Assembly (NCBI RefSeq): GCF_037042905.1 | Contig: NC_087247.1 | Span: 34,472,001-34,536,000 of the forward strand | Origin: Lytechinus pictus | Lineage: Eukaryota | Length of the DNA stretch: 64,000 bases | Direction of reading: 5' to 3' | Part shown: piece after piece, positions 37,901 to 52,900 of the stretch | Layout: every line of letters starts with the position of its first letter | Position numbering within the stretch: the stretch's first letter is position 1 | Translations under genes and position numbers: made by a program | The notes under the pieces: model-generated | Database searches by the model: none | Told to the model about the DNA's origin: nothing | The model's input: the letters and a program-made list of their open reading frames with translations, nothing else

Positions 37901-40900
37901 CAGAGATTAATCATCATGAATTATTATTTCAGGAAGGCACCGGACATATTGGGCTTGTTAGTACATACTTCTGGTAATTGCCCTATATCTTAGACCTAAT
38001 GATCACTCTTCCATCAAATTTATGTTAAATTAAGCTCTTGTCAATCTTATGTTGATAAAGCTTGCCTAAGTTTGTGCAAAAATTGAATAATGTGAATTAT
38101 ATCAAGCTGATACTCTTCTGATATTGTCCTAATATCCAAAGCTACCCTATTAAAGTCTATTTACCATTATGTCATTTTTAATTGATTGTCACTTGCCCTT
38201 ACATATAATAAGTTAAGTATCCTGTAAATTCTTAGATCAAATCTTTCAGACCACATGTTTTAAGATGATATCTATTGTTCCATCTGTCAATGAATTCAAT
38301 TTGAAAGTGAATATTCTTGAGATTTGCCGGAACGTAACCTTTGTTATTTTTTTCTTAATATTCTGACTATTCAGAGGAAGACTGGCGATGATGCTGATGA
38401 TTACGACGCTCAGCTCTGTTGGAAGGCAGCATTTGATAGAAGTGATTTAGATTTCACTGAACGGCTTTGGAATATCCTCAGGAATAATGCTACATGCTAT
38501 GATGACATCACTACTGCCTTCAACATGGTGATCAGTGAATTAAACAGAGGAGAGATACAGCCAATGGTGAGCATTAAATAGATAATTGTTTTGAGAACCA
38601 TTTGAATATTATTTTTGTGAAAGTGAAATATCCTTTATAATATTCAAATAACAAGAATAGCATATTATTTTTGATGGAGCAGATGTTTTTCTTTCTATTT
38701 GGAGGGTAGCTGATTGTTCTTTAAATATTTTTGCATTGTTTGCTTTACTTTATTTTTTTCAATATACGTGTATGCAAGGGTCTTTTTCTTTTGCTCAAAA
38801 GTGTGAGTAAAAATAATCCTGATAGCAAGCAGTGTTTACAAAGTAACTTACAAATATCTTTATCAAATGCCATCCAGGTTTGTATTGGTAATGAAATCAC
38901 AATAGCCAAGGATACCAGAGGCCTGTTGAATTCAAACATAACAAAAAGAAATATCAAGTGCAAGTCTAAATAGCATCCTGTGATTAGATAATAATCAAGT
39001 TCCTTTACTTTTTTTAAATAATTTGTAACTTCTTTGAAATGAGCCTCAAGACGATGTTCAAGGATTTTGTTAAACAAGTACACACATAACGATCATATTT
39101 GACCACTATTGCATTTAATAAATATCAAACTATTTCTTCTTCATCATGTCAGGTCCACAGCAGTAATGAAACGTCATTGGCAAAGGAGATTAGGACATTA
39201 TACAAAGACCCATCGCATATATTCAGTCAAGACTATTCTCCCATGACACACCTTGTTGAGATAGCCATTGATAAACTTCAGAGAGACTATACAAACTTCT
39301 TCCTCGGTAGGTCTATGTTGATGTATTTTCATCCTTGTAGTGTTCTACAGCGTCAAATGTTGGCTTTATTACAGTGTTGATAATCTATAATTCATAAATG
39401 AAAATCACTTGTGAAATATGATTAATGTTATTCAGTTTTCATGTGTATCATGTAGATTGATGTAGATTTGCATGTGTTTTCAAAGATTTTAACAAGCAAA
39501 TGAGCTGAATCAAATTGAAAATAGAATGATAGTAGAAATTTTATTTAATTTGGTAATAAATAAGAAAGACCAAGAAACACAATATAATTTTGGATAGAAT
39601 ATAATATTAGAGACAGAATATTAAGGATCCTTAGTGTTAAGTGCAGAAGATATAATTTTCATGTTATTAGTGTGATAATGATTATTACAAATAAGAATTT
39701 AATGACATCTTTGTATCATTAAATTCAAGCTGATGAGATGACTTAACTTTTAAGAAGTTACTATTCAGTAATTTAAATTGATTAAGTGCAGAAGATAGGT
39801 ATAATTTTCATGTTATTAGTGTGATAATGATTATTACAAATTAGAATTTAATGACATCTTTGTATCAACAAATTCAAGCTGATGAGATGACTTAACTTTT
39901 AAGAAGTTACTAATCAGTCATTTAAATTTATTACAGATCATATTTTGGGCAATGGATGAGTATATTAAGAAAAAAAAACAGTACTGATTTGATGGTGATA
40001 CTGAATACGTCAGCTATAGCAGGATACTGGAATGATTTTTGTTCGTTTTTCTCACCCTCAGCTCAGAAGCTGACAACCCTGTATTCTTTAGAATGGTTTG
40101 TTCCATCTGTTGACCTCTTGATACCTAGTGAACTGATCAAGAGGTTAAGAAGTCTGCATTGTATTCTGGAGGTCTCCATGCTAGCATCTCAAACGTTGGG
40201 TCTTCCTACTAACAACATCCTCACACTTATCAGGTAATCAAATTATAGCCGAGTCTGCCTCATAATGTACCGACTGCTGCTATGTGATTTTGGAATTAAG
40301 TCTCTATGGATCTACTGTTGCTACAAGGACCTTAAATAATGTTTGCTGTTGCTTTGAATAGTCCTACAGAAAATAGATCAATATTATGGTATCATAAGTC
40401 CTCTTTTTTTTTTTAAATGTGTAAGTGCTGTGCCCCGATTGTTGTTTCATCTGCAATATGAAACAGTTTTGTCTTTTATTCCTGGTATAGGGGCAGTCTT
40501 GCTCAAATTCATGTCATTACTATTTTTACACACCACCCCAAAATGATTACAGTAGACGGTAGTTGTGAGATAAACTTGTTTTAAAAGGTATTTTAGAGGG
40601 TTAAAGTGTGTGATCGATTTAACTTTCAATACAGTGATAGGACAATATCAAAAGATTCAAGTGCGACCATTAAAGACTGACATTTTTACAAGATTTGACA
40701 GTCTCGTTTAAAAATTGAAAAAAAATAAAACATTTTTTTTCTTTGAAATTTGACCTCATGGGACAATTTGTGAAGACAACAATGAAATGCAGTGCATTCA
40801 TATTATTGTTTAGAATCTGAATTAGGCAGGTTGATTAGTCATATTATGTAAATGCTATTGTATTTCATTCCCAATATCGCATCATGGCATATCACACATA

Positions 40901-43900
40901 CTGATGTGGGCTGTAGTCAATAATGACCAAAATAAGTTGATTCTTTCTCAAGTTATGATTTTCCAAAGTGAATCCAATATGTTATTTAAAATATTGACCT
41001 TCGATTGGACTGATAATGGCAAAAGATGTTCTTAGAATTCTTTTCCATAAATTTCCGATTAAAGTGATTAGAAGTATTAAATACATTATGTACAGCTATT
41101 CACATTTTTTTTTAGAATGTTGTGCAAATATTAAAGATGTGCGCAGATGTATGATCTTCCAAATTCATACTTCTTGTATAGGAGCCATTTATGTATTAAA
41201 AGCTTTGTTAATTGTTTTGTTGCCACGAATTTTCTCCAGAAACCAAGAAGAATTCATAATTTTCATCTGATGAAGATATTCCATTTGCTCTTTTATTTGA
41301 CTTTGAAAAGAGCCAGATTACTGCAGCATCAGCTCAAATCTTAAACTATTCAAATAGCTCCCAATACTTTTAAGAATGCAATATTTTGATCATGTAGTCT
41401 TTTTATGATGGTAACATATAACTTGGAACCTCCACTCTCTCAATATACTACAATATTTTGCCAATAAATGAAATTATTGTACATTTCCAAACATTTTTGT
41501 TTTTCAATTTAAATGAAATGACCACCATATTTTTAAAATTCACGATTAATTTGTATATGTTTTTTGCAAAAGTAAATGATTTAGATCTCGTTAAAGTACT
41601 TCGGTCTATGGCATGACACTCAATGTGTGATTTACCTGTTTAGAGGACAATCACCCTTTAACATACTGCCTTTTTTATTATTTATGTAGAAATGCCCTGG
41701 AGTACTACAGGGATAATTCTCCCGATGTTCAGCATACATTTGTACTTCCTGTGGAGCAGACAAGTGTTGTCAACTTGTACCAAACGTAAGTGAAACTCAA
41801 ATACTAATTATATAATTGATTACTGTAAACGCTGTCATTTTTGCGGGATTAAATTTTTCGTGCTGGGCTTCTCTATAGGTCAAATTATACAGTCTCCTTG
41901 CCAAAATGATACACACAATTAAACCGCGGTTCAAAACATGCAATAAATAGATGCTCATAAATTTGCGTTTTTAAACTCGCACCAGCCGATCTTGCTGCGA
42001 AATCCGTGAAAATTTATGTACCGCGAATATTTCTGAATTTACAGTGTACAGGATTCAAAGACAAATCAAAGGGCCTGTAGTAAGCCATGGAGGTAAAAAT
42101 GGAAAGAGTACCATCTCACTCATTTCATTTAAAGCCATGTTCATTTCACTTAAAGCCATGTTTGATGCTGCACAGATTATGTCGGGCTTGTGTTTCATTG
42201 GCTTTTTCTTGCACACTGTAAACAAAAGATTCCTTCCTTACTTACTGGCCAGATACAATAGGAAATATGCTTTTGTGATGATAGTTAATTTTCGCTGCCT
42301 CTGGTCAATTATTATGAGCAGACACATTGATAACTTTTACAGTGGAAAGCAAAAATAAATGTTGCAATTTTGAATGAAATATTGTTTGAAATTACTCGAC
42401 TGGGCGCATGTGGGCGCAACTGTGACTCATAACATCACAAGTTGATATATTCCATGAAAATAATTGTAACTTTTTTATAATGAGAAAATGTGTAGAAATT
42501 TCTAAAATGTTGATTTAAAGTCGCTTGTATTTCATTATGACATCAACGAGTGTCATTGTGCTCTATGATGTGCATCGCATTGCGTTCATTATTGTACGTG
42601 TTGTATATTTCATGCATTTGCACGAGACTGTTGAATACCGTGTATGGTCCCATATTAAACAGCAAGTTCTGTACAGGGCCTATGGCATATTTGTCCAATT
42701 TTGGCCCTTTTAGTGATATGCTCAGGTATTGAACAGGCAATTGATGTAAACCAAAATACACATTTTTAATGCATTGATAAAAGAAATAGATAATAATGCA
42801 TACTATTGCATCACACTCATGTTTATTTGTGATACAATGTTTTTTTGAATTAAACATGATTTGCAGAAATAAGTTTCTTGAGAGCTTTAGATGTTGAAAA
42901 AATGGTTATCATAAGAAGAAAGAAATAACTTTTGATTGCCATTTGATTCTGTAGAGAAATACATGCTGCATTGCCTTTCCAAGTATGCACACTCTACAAG
43001 CCATCCATCATAATTGTAGAAAAGTGTTTTTTAGATGGATTTAGAGAGCAACATTTGCTTCGGGAGGAATATATTTGCCAGGATGAATGATGAAACATAA
43101 TATTTTATTGAGGTGTCACTCATCTATACCCAGGGTGGCATATTATATCTTTCTTGAAGTGACAGTATTTAATTAAAAAAAAGAAAATTCAGAAGAGTAG
43201 GACAAAATTGTGCTTCAGGGTATGTCTTTGTGGGTGTTAATGTTTATACTGGGAGACACAATTTATGTATCATTGAGACAGAATTCATTGTATGAATTGA
43301 TAGGGAGTGCCACAAACTGAGAGAATACTGCCCTCTCCATGAGGATCAATCACCATTCAGGTTCCAGAAGGAACGCTGTATGCTACTTGAATCATTTCAA
43401 AGTCTTCTCAAACAACACCCTGATAGACATGTACATAACATGTACAGCTGTTACAATATCGTCTACAGTATATAAAACACTATTGAGGAAATTTAAGATA
43501 TAATAAATTGTTTTTCTACCAATGTTTATTATTCAAGATTGTAGAATGTGTTTGTCTCCCAGTATGCCTTTTTTACTTTTCTTTTTGTGTGATGTTAGTG
43601 GAGCACTCAACTTTCTTTTTCTAAAAATTTGAACTTACATGTATATATTACATCGGTAATATTGGGAACATCATCAGTCGGCACTCAATTCAGTATCATG
43701 TTTATGCCGATGACATTCAGATGTTCACCACTTTTGATCCTACCAAGCCTGGAGATGCAGCCTGCGCGTATTTTCGGATTTCAAAATGTTTGTCTGACAT
43801 TCAATCGTGGCTTGTTGATAATAAATTGAAATTAAATTCTTGTAAAACAGAGTTCTTTGTTGCTGCATCTCCTGCACACCTTAATCGGTTCCTTGACCTT

Positions 43901-46900
43901 TCTTTTTCTTTTAATGACATAGATATTCCATTATCTTCAACCATTAAGGATTTAGGAGTTGTTTTTTATAGTGAAATGAAAATGACCGAACATGTAATAT
44001 ACTTGTGTCGCACTCTCAACTGGCAAATATATAATCTCAATCGCATTAGAAGTTTCCTGGATAAGGACACGTGTCATAATGTTGTTAGGGCTCTTGTGCT
44101 CTCCAGATATATGATCTCAATCGCATTAGAAGTTTCCTGGATAAGGACACGTGTCATAATGTTGTTAGGGCTCTTGTGCTCTCCAGGCTCGACTATGGTG
44201 GTTGCTTGCTTGGGGGTATTAGTAAACGGGATCTTGGAAGACTTCAACGCCTTCAGAACAAATGGGCACGATTAATCTGTCAAAAACCAAAATGGTGTCA
44301 TGCTTACCCCTCTTCTAAATGAACTACATTGGCTACCTGTTTCTGATAGAAAACATTATCAAATACTTGTTCAAACCTATAAATCTCTGTCAACCATACT
44401 ACCTTCTTACATTTCTTCGTTATTTCAGCAACAAAGAACTACATACTCTCTTCGTTCTGCAGCTGCTCCTTCCTATGTCATTCCAAAATCCAGAAAACAG
44501 GCCGGTTTCAACTCCTTTCAATCTCTTGCCCCCCGTCTTTGGAACAAACTCCCTCCATCTCTTCGAAACCTCTCTTCTCTTGACCTCTTCAAAAAACATC
44601 TCAAAACACACTTATATAACCATAAACCTTAACTTGTCTTATGCAATCAACAGCGCTTTGTATCCTCTGGAAAAAGCGCTATATAAATCCAATTATTATT
44701 ATTATTACTATTATATTTGTCTGCATGTCAATTTTTAATTATGGTAAATTTAATAAGATACAAAAATATTCTTATATGGCTTATATATGTTGATGCCATC
44801 ATTTTATGCCTTTGGAGCTAATGTTCACGGAAGTGTCGTGGTTTAGTGGTTTTGACTCACACCTTATAATCAGAGGGTTGTGTGTTCAAATCCCAGTCTG
44901 GCCGCAGGACCCTGTGTTAATGAGCAAATAAGCAACACAGCAAATTTTATCAGGTGAAATTGATGATTTTGTAGCATGCATTAGATCAAAAGTTTCCACA
45001 TATATTACAATTTTTCAAATGAATTCAAACATACAGAATCAAAGAATTATCAAAATAATGAACCTGGTATCAAACGACATGTGAAAAGTGACCAAAACTG
45101 ACCTGCATTGTACCACAGTCATTCGATTACAAAGAGACACTAAGAGCTTGAAATTTCTAGTTCAATCAACTAACACAATTCATATTTGGCTAGGTTCATA
45201 TTCAGGTGTAAAACTACCATCTTCCATCTTTTTAAAATCATGATAATTTATCTATTTTTTAATCCTGAATGACACTTCATGAATGCAAATTACAAATCAA
45301 ATGTCACGGGTGTCACATTGAATGTATGAAAATGAGATCTCTGTAAATGGGGCAAGTACATTGTATTTTTTTAATGAAAATGCAGTCAAGTAGGTATAAT
45401 GTCGCAAATCTTTAACTGTATTGTGTCATGGGAGTCACAATGAAAAAAAAAAGTTATTTAGATACTAAAGTGAATTTATTTGAATTAAGGTACTGTAGTG
45501 AGGTTAGTTTTAGCTTCATTGTTCAGTTTTATATTGTAATGTGCTTATAAAAAATAGTAGGTGTTACATGGATATTGCATTATTATTCCTTTTTCAAGTA
45601 CTTGTAGTAACTTGCATTGATGAAATTTTGAAAATAAAATTGTAATGCCATTCACAAAGGAATGGCTGAGGATTAGATTTTGTGCACAGAATTTTTGCAT
45701 CGAGCAGAGTTTACATTTTACATTTAAATCTGAAAGAAAAATTAAGCGTCAAAAAAAAAATTGCACCGATATTTGACATTATCAGTCCAGAAGACTCCAG
45801 ATTGGAAATAATATATCAGGCTTTTAGCTTTCTTCAATTTAGATATGCATCAAGAGGTAAATTGGTCATGTGAAATATGTTGCTTTTGAGAATTAATCAT
45901 ATCAGATTCAGAGTTTTCACTCTTGCTTCCCCAAACTGTGCCCCTATATGTCGCTTTTACACAGTGATTGAGGGAGAAAATGATGAGGGAAGTAGGCTTC
46001 TTTTTTTCTCGTTTATCTTATTCTTCCTCTTCATCCTGTTCATGGACCGCTGATTCCTAGTCTTATTAATTCTACCCACTGAATTTTTTTTTCTTGGGTT
46101 CACAATTTCACATCTGAGGCAGCTGGTTTCTGCATGTATTTCTTCTTACTCTCTGTTCACACTATGATCTGAGGGAAGGAGAATTCCTTGAAGAATTATT
46201 CCAAGAATCCCTCAAAAATTTTGAAAAAAATGTATAATTTGGGAGAACTCTCTTCACATTTAATGAGAGAACAAATTTGGAGGACAGAGCCAGCTTAGGG
46301 GAAAATTGATTAGGCACAAGTATTTTCATCGAATGCAAGCTCATGCAAAATGTGATAGAGGGACATCATGCCTTACATGTATTTGCTGCATGCCTGGGCG
46401 TCAGCGCAGAGGATTATCTTCTTGTTTTTAGGGGGATGCAAATGTAGATATTAGATGACCCCCCCAAAAACAAAAGATAATCCTCTGCGCTGATGCCCAT
46501 GGCTGCATGATCCATGCACATTTTTTCTGCGACTTTGTCTGTGTCAGAAACAGATTATGAAAATGAGACATAAGACCTTAAGAGACTAACTTCTCCCCTC
46601 GATCAATAATGTGAATCTGTGGTTATAGCAATTTCGCAGTACCTACCTTAATGTACCCCTACTACTTCTTGCATGAGTGCACTTGTCACACATTCATCTC
46701 GTTTCTTCATTACCCTTGATATTATATTTGTGACAACCCTTGTAAAACTTCCTGAACTTGCCTCTCAGTCTGATCATCGTCTCTAGGGGATTGTTGCATG
46801 CAAAAGCTTCTTGATACCTGTATTCATAATCTTGCAAAATTAAAATAAAAAAACTGTTATGACAAAACCAGCTGAAAAACTTAGTCTCTGCCATAATCAA

Positions 46901-49900
46901 TCATTTCTCATCTAAAGACAAACTGAGTGTCGGGTATTGATTTAAAAAGATATGCTGAGAATAGAAATAATGATGATGATCCACAGCATTTATATTGCAC
47001 CATGTTTCTGTTAAAAAACATTCATAGGCGCAGGCTTATCCAATTAGGTTAATTACTACACATTTACTGAAATAAGTGAGTTTTGAGAGACGATTTGAAG
47101 AGTTCAATATTGTAAATTTCACTGAATGAAGAAAACAATAATGAAAAGAGAACAAAGAGAGAATTAACATACAATGCAATACAAGTTACATTTATATAGC
47201 ACATTCCATTGATATTTCTGAGCACTTGTTTTGATATCATCAGGATCTGATACACAAATCTCAGTAATTGATCATAAATTGCATTTCTATGCTTGATTGC
47301 ATAAAATGATCAAAGCAATCAATGGTATAAATTGGCCCAATGATTGATGGTTAAACTTTGTGTTTAACATGAGCAGGTCACTGACTGTTCAGAATCAATG
47401 TCCTGTTTACCTGATGCATGATGTATCAATGTGATTATGTCCACTTGATATCACATTCTAGGAACATTCTCCTTCACTGAATTCCTCATGAATTTCAAAC
47501 ATTTCATCCATTCCATCAGCAGTGTGCAGGAGAAAATGTCACCTTGACTTTCTTTCGTGTCAATCTGTACTTTTGCAGTTTATCCTGAATGGAGCACTCA
47601 CACATACTGTGCATGTAACTAGGATATATACAGAGAGTAATAGGGAGATCAGTCTATAGACATTAGGAAACCTTTTTCCCTTCTGATGGGGTGTTGCGAG
47701 AGACTTACAATCAATTGCAAGTTAAATTTGCATCCCAAAATCAAACGCATGTCTTGCAATTAAAGGACAAGTCCACCCCAACAAAAAGTTCATTTGAAAT
47801 AAAAGAGAAAAATCCAACAAGCCTAACACTGACAATCTCCTCAAAAAAATCGGATGTAACATAAGAGATTCGCATAATTTCACAAAACAGTTATATTCAC
47901 ATCCTGGTCGGTATGCAAATGAGGGCACTGATGACGTCACCCACTCACTATTTCTTTTGTATTTCATTCTATGAAATATGAATTATTTTAATTTTTTTCC
48001 TCATTGTCATGTGAAAAAAAGATTTATTCCTCCCTGAACATAAGGATTACCATTGTTTTGATATTATGTGGTTCAGTCAAATTGGTCATTATTGTCAAAT
48101 CTGTAAAATATGAAATATTGTTAAATTCAAACAATAAAAATCAAAAGAAATAGTGAGAGACATCATGGACTATTTCATTTGCATATCATTGAGTTGTGCA
48201 TATAACTGTTTTGTGAAAAATTAAGCAAAACTTACAAATTTCCTAACTTTAAAATAATTTTGAATCCGATTTCAATGAAATTTTTAGTGGTATGCTTGTT
48301 TGAATTTTCTCTATTTATTAAGATATACATTTTTTCTGGGGTGGACTTGACCTTCAATCAAAAATCTGTAGTTGATAGCTGGTCTCCATCTTGCAACAAG
48401 GAGTATGAACTGATTTGCTTCAGCTAAATTTGATTTATCATTTCTAAAATTTCAACAGAAATTTGCAATTGTTTGCCCATATTTTCCTGCAACACCAGCG
48501 AAAGGTTGATATTGAAAGGACCTTTTTGTTTTGCATGATGGATGCTCTTACAACAATGAAATTGACTATCTGCACATGTATGCGTGAGTTCCGAGGTGTT
48601 GTCGGTCCTCCATTTTTTTTTCAGGGGTGAATCTTCATTGTGCAGAAATCAATAAAATGACAACATACATTTAAGATCCTAAGAGGGCCTTACAAGAAAC
48701 TTTAAATCGGTTCAATTTCAAGTCACCCAATCAATCATAAGTTTTTGCAATTGATTGCAAAATGAGTAAGAAATTTCCTTCTTCTCGCAACCAATTTATT
48801 TAGTAATGCTTTAATAGTAAAAGTTTACCAATTGTAAAATGATCCACTCCCATTTATTCAATGATTCATTTAGTGGCTCTTTGGAACATTATGCAATAAA
48901 TACATCGCTTGGAAATTCTTATTCAAGCAAACATGATCATAGAATATTATGTATTGTGTTACAGCTTGATAGTCACTAGCAAATGATTAAAGACAACAAT
49001 TAGTTCTGGTCATTAGTTTTACGGTAAAAGATACTGTTTTGAAGTGATTAAAAATGTAATTTATATTCTCCCACAGAACAGGTGTTTGCTCTGAATTACT
49101 GAAATTATCCCCAAAAAATTATAACTTGATACAATTTGGCCAAGAGACACTTGCAGTCTTGCACTGCAAATCTAAATGAATGGATGGGGTTACGTAAAAT
49201 GATCAGACTGGAAATTTCAATTTACAGCTGTTTCTGTTTTAAATAATACTATTGATATGAGGGCATTATTAGAAGAGCATTCCTTTTCCTCATTACCCTT
49301 CTTAAAATATGTGAAAAGAATTGTAATTCTTGCAATATTCCCCAATTATTTTCACAACTGGAATATTGAGAGCATTATTTGAAGAGCATTCCTTTTCCTC
49401 ATTATCCTCCTTAAATAGTCGTTAAGAGAATTTTAAATCTCTCAATATTCCCCTATTTTTTCACAACTGGAATATTGAAACAATATTATAAGAAGAAATG
49501 TGCATGTGTATTGATCATACTTTTTTAAATTATGTATCAAGCATCTTAACTTGCATAAGACCAAGGAGATATCTCCTTGATAAGACGTACTCGTTCATCC
49601 AAGTTCATCAGGATTCTGTATTTTGTGGATTTTTGTGGAAAAGTAATGATGGTTTGAAACAACCTTTTCATGGGTTATGGGGCCATGACTTTTCACCCGT
49701 CATGAGAATAATATGTCCAAGATAATAGAGATAGATGGTTTATTGATCTTCATTTGTATTCCAAGTCGGTATAGTAACCTTCTGGGCCTATGAATGGTTG
49801 ACACACCTTGTCTGTTCACATTTATGATTGTACCCCAAATGAAAGATAGGAAAATACTTGTCTTTAATTATCAGTCGTTTCTATTTGATACAAGAGAAAT

Positions 49901-52900
49901 GTATGAGATCGTATGATATTTTGCCTACTTCACATCTTTATTTTCAGTCATATTCAAACTTACCTCCGTTGTAGAGGAATTTGGGAAAAAGATTGAAAAG
50001 AACAGTCAATGAATAGCGCTAAATGCCAGGAGCAGTTATATCGCCGGATGCGTGGTATTTGCAACTGTTGTGTAAAGGTTAGGAGAATTAACTATCCATA
50101 AGAGAAATATTGAAGAAAAAGTTATATCGTTTGAGCAGTGATAGAGAGTCTTTCATACCTCCACTCTTTATCCATGAATCAATAGGAAAATTTCACCTAT
50201 TAAGGACAGATTGTGAGTGGTAGAAATGACATTCATTGCTGATATTTAAGAAGGTAGTCCGTTTGATTATGATTTCTTTTTGTTACCAGAAGTGCATGAT
50301 TAAATATATGATAAAAAAAGTATTACTGAGATGAAGTGGCTTAGGAATAGAGGCATTGTAACATTTTAATAGTCAAACGTGATCAATCACAGGCGTCTTT
50401 GCTCTTTCTCATTTCTCATTTGACGTTACCTTCATCTAAAGATTTACTAACTCTCTTTAATATGCGTTTGATTGATTATCAATTCTGGAAACTCAAATGC
50501 AACCTACATGTGTACCTCTTTCAAAATTATTTTTAAGTTGGTCACCTCTACAACATCTTTTACTACATGCCTTATTTAATTGGTAAATATGGAATATGTT
50601 GCTGAGCTTTATGGTGCCAAGTCTTAACGAGACCTCCAGATTCTAATTTTTCATCAACAAGCTTGTTCAGTAGCAAGTTGTAACCTGTGGGAAATTATTG
50701 GTAGTCATTTAACTCTTGCTGAATCCCCAAACTGATTGGTATTTCTTCCCCATTCTGCTCCATGTCACCATTTGATAAAATTGTGTGGGAGTCTTAAAGC
50801 CTTAAAAGAGTATTGATCCAGAAATACTAGTTACCATTTTTAGAATGTCATCTCATTCCAATTTTATGCCATAATCACTATTCACTCGGAATTTAATTCA
50901 GTCCAATATAATTTTAATTCATTGAATTCACATAACACTCCCCTGTTGAATTACTAATATGCTATTAGTCTTAGTAAAAGAGATTGAATGTTTTTGCCTT
51001 TGATTATTAATTAGAGTACTGGGTATGTGGGCAGATTGACATTTTAAGGTGGCTGGGGGCTGTTTCATTAAGCCCCTCATAGGTTATGCACAACTTTGTA
51101 CGTGACTGGTGCCAATTTTTTTTAGCCCAAATGTTTGTTTTATCATAAAGTAGGTGGAGTTAACTTTCTATAATTAGAACTAATCAAGTCTGGACAATAG
51201 CAAAGTGTGCATTTGAATACCTGTAACAATGATAATTTTAATTTAAAAATAATAACATTTCATCTCAAGCTGATGGGAATATGAATTATTTGATAGAAAT
51301 GATTTAGCACAGGAAAGGTCACCAGTCATGTGTAATGGACAGTTTTATGTACTTCCATGAATTTTTCTACTGTAACACTTTCTTGTGTCAGGATACCACC
51401 GAAGTATGCATTCTATCTTTTCTATAGATTTCGGCAACACACCAATAGAACAAAATGGCAAATATCACATGATTTCCTTATTTATACAATTATTTATATG
51501 TGCCATCCCCGTGCCTTAATTTTTCTAAAATAATAAGAGTTCAATTTATTGTTTTACTGGTTTCTTCCTTCCCAAAAATACAAGGATTATGATAATGGCT
51601 AGTGCTAGGGTTTAAGTTTGGGATTATTTGCATATTTTCCATCAGAGCATTGATACTCCAGGGCAAACGCCTCAGAAACTATTTTACACAAATGTTCTTG
51701 TACATGTAGAACTTTCACGACATAGCCCTTCGTGCAAGATTCATATGTATTTGGTTTCAGCGTTAGAGGCGAGTTTGCTGTAACTGAATGCTATGATTCA
51801 TAGACTATAATGAGCATGGTGCTTGACAAACAACTGCCTTGCCATCAATATGGCATTTAGGGATGGTGTGTGGGTGTATCCCAGGCAGGAGTGTTTTACA
51901 AGAAAATGGGCTGAGCAGAGATGCAGTGATCAGTAACAGCAGTTTGACCCAAGAGTGTCTGATTTGATACCCTAGAACAGAAGTCATGCCACTCACATCC
52001 AACCATCTATTACCACACTGCCCCCGTCATCCAGGATGCTTGTTAGATCGCTGTTACTTACACTAGCATATGGTTTGTTTGCTAGGTGGTTGTATTACAC
52101 TGGTGTCATGTTAGATCAGTCAATAGCTGAAACCCTGATAGAAATACAGATGATGGTGAACTGAATCGAGAATTTCCATGGAATTCAACTGATTTTTCTT
52201 TTTTTAAATCTCTATATATAATATGTCTCTTTCTCTCTTCTGTTATCTTGTGTGTGTTGTTTTTTCTCTCTCTATTTCTGGCAATGTCATTCTCACTCTT
52301 ACTGCCATGTCTGCCTCCTTAATCTTTCTTTTGCATTCCTGTTATCTTTTCTATTTTCTCTCCTTTCCCCACTATGAAGACTCTCCCTTCTTTCTCTTCC
52401 TCTCTGTCTTTTCCCCTTCTATCATAAGCACTAAATGGAAATTTACATGGAATAAAATCAATGTTTAGGTATCTAATTCTAGGTAGAGTGATTTTTCCTC
52501 ATTTATTCATATTCCTTAGGCATATACATATAGGCTTAGGAGGAAATGGTTGTCAGCATCTTCTGTTGCATTGATCAAAATTTTCTCACCGCACACCTCT
52601 AGTGGTGTTGTGGGAAGAAATAAAAATCAATAATTATCACTAGAGAGCTAAAAATCATGTTTCTTGTGGGTTTCGTGCAGTGTTGCTGTGTATACATTCT
52701 ATATTCAAAACTGTCATATTCATCCCATTTACCATGATAGTGGGATATTAGAAATGGAGTGTTTAATGAATTGATGGGATCATTCTGCGTCAACAATATC
52801 GACTAGAAGCAGATGTGTTTAAAGAAAACCTCCTTTCTTCCTCCCTATTTTGGATCCTACCCTGGGGCGTACTGTGTAGGCTGTGTACTGCATATTTTTT

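Noticed and set aside
44828-44905. Possible tRNA gene
   Set aside because: Has box A/B but no proper acceptor-stem pairing or terminator; consistent with a SINE head.
51760-52110. Possible miRNA hairpins (miR-29-like or let-7-like seeds)
   Set aside because: Matches are limited to 7-8 nt and the stems are too short for a pre-miRNA.
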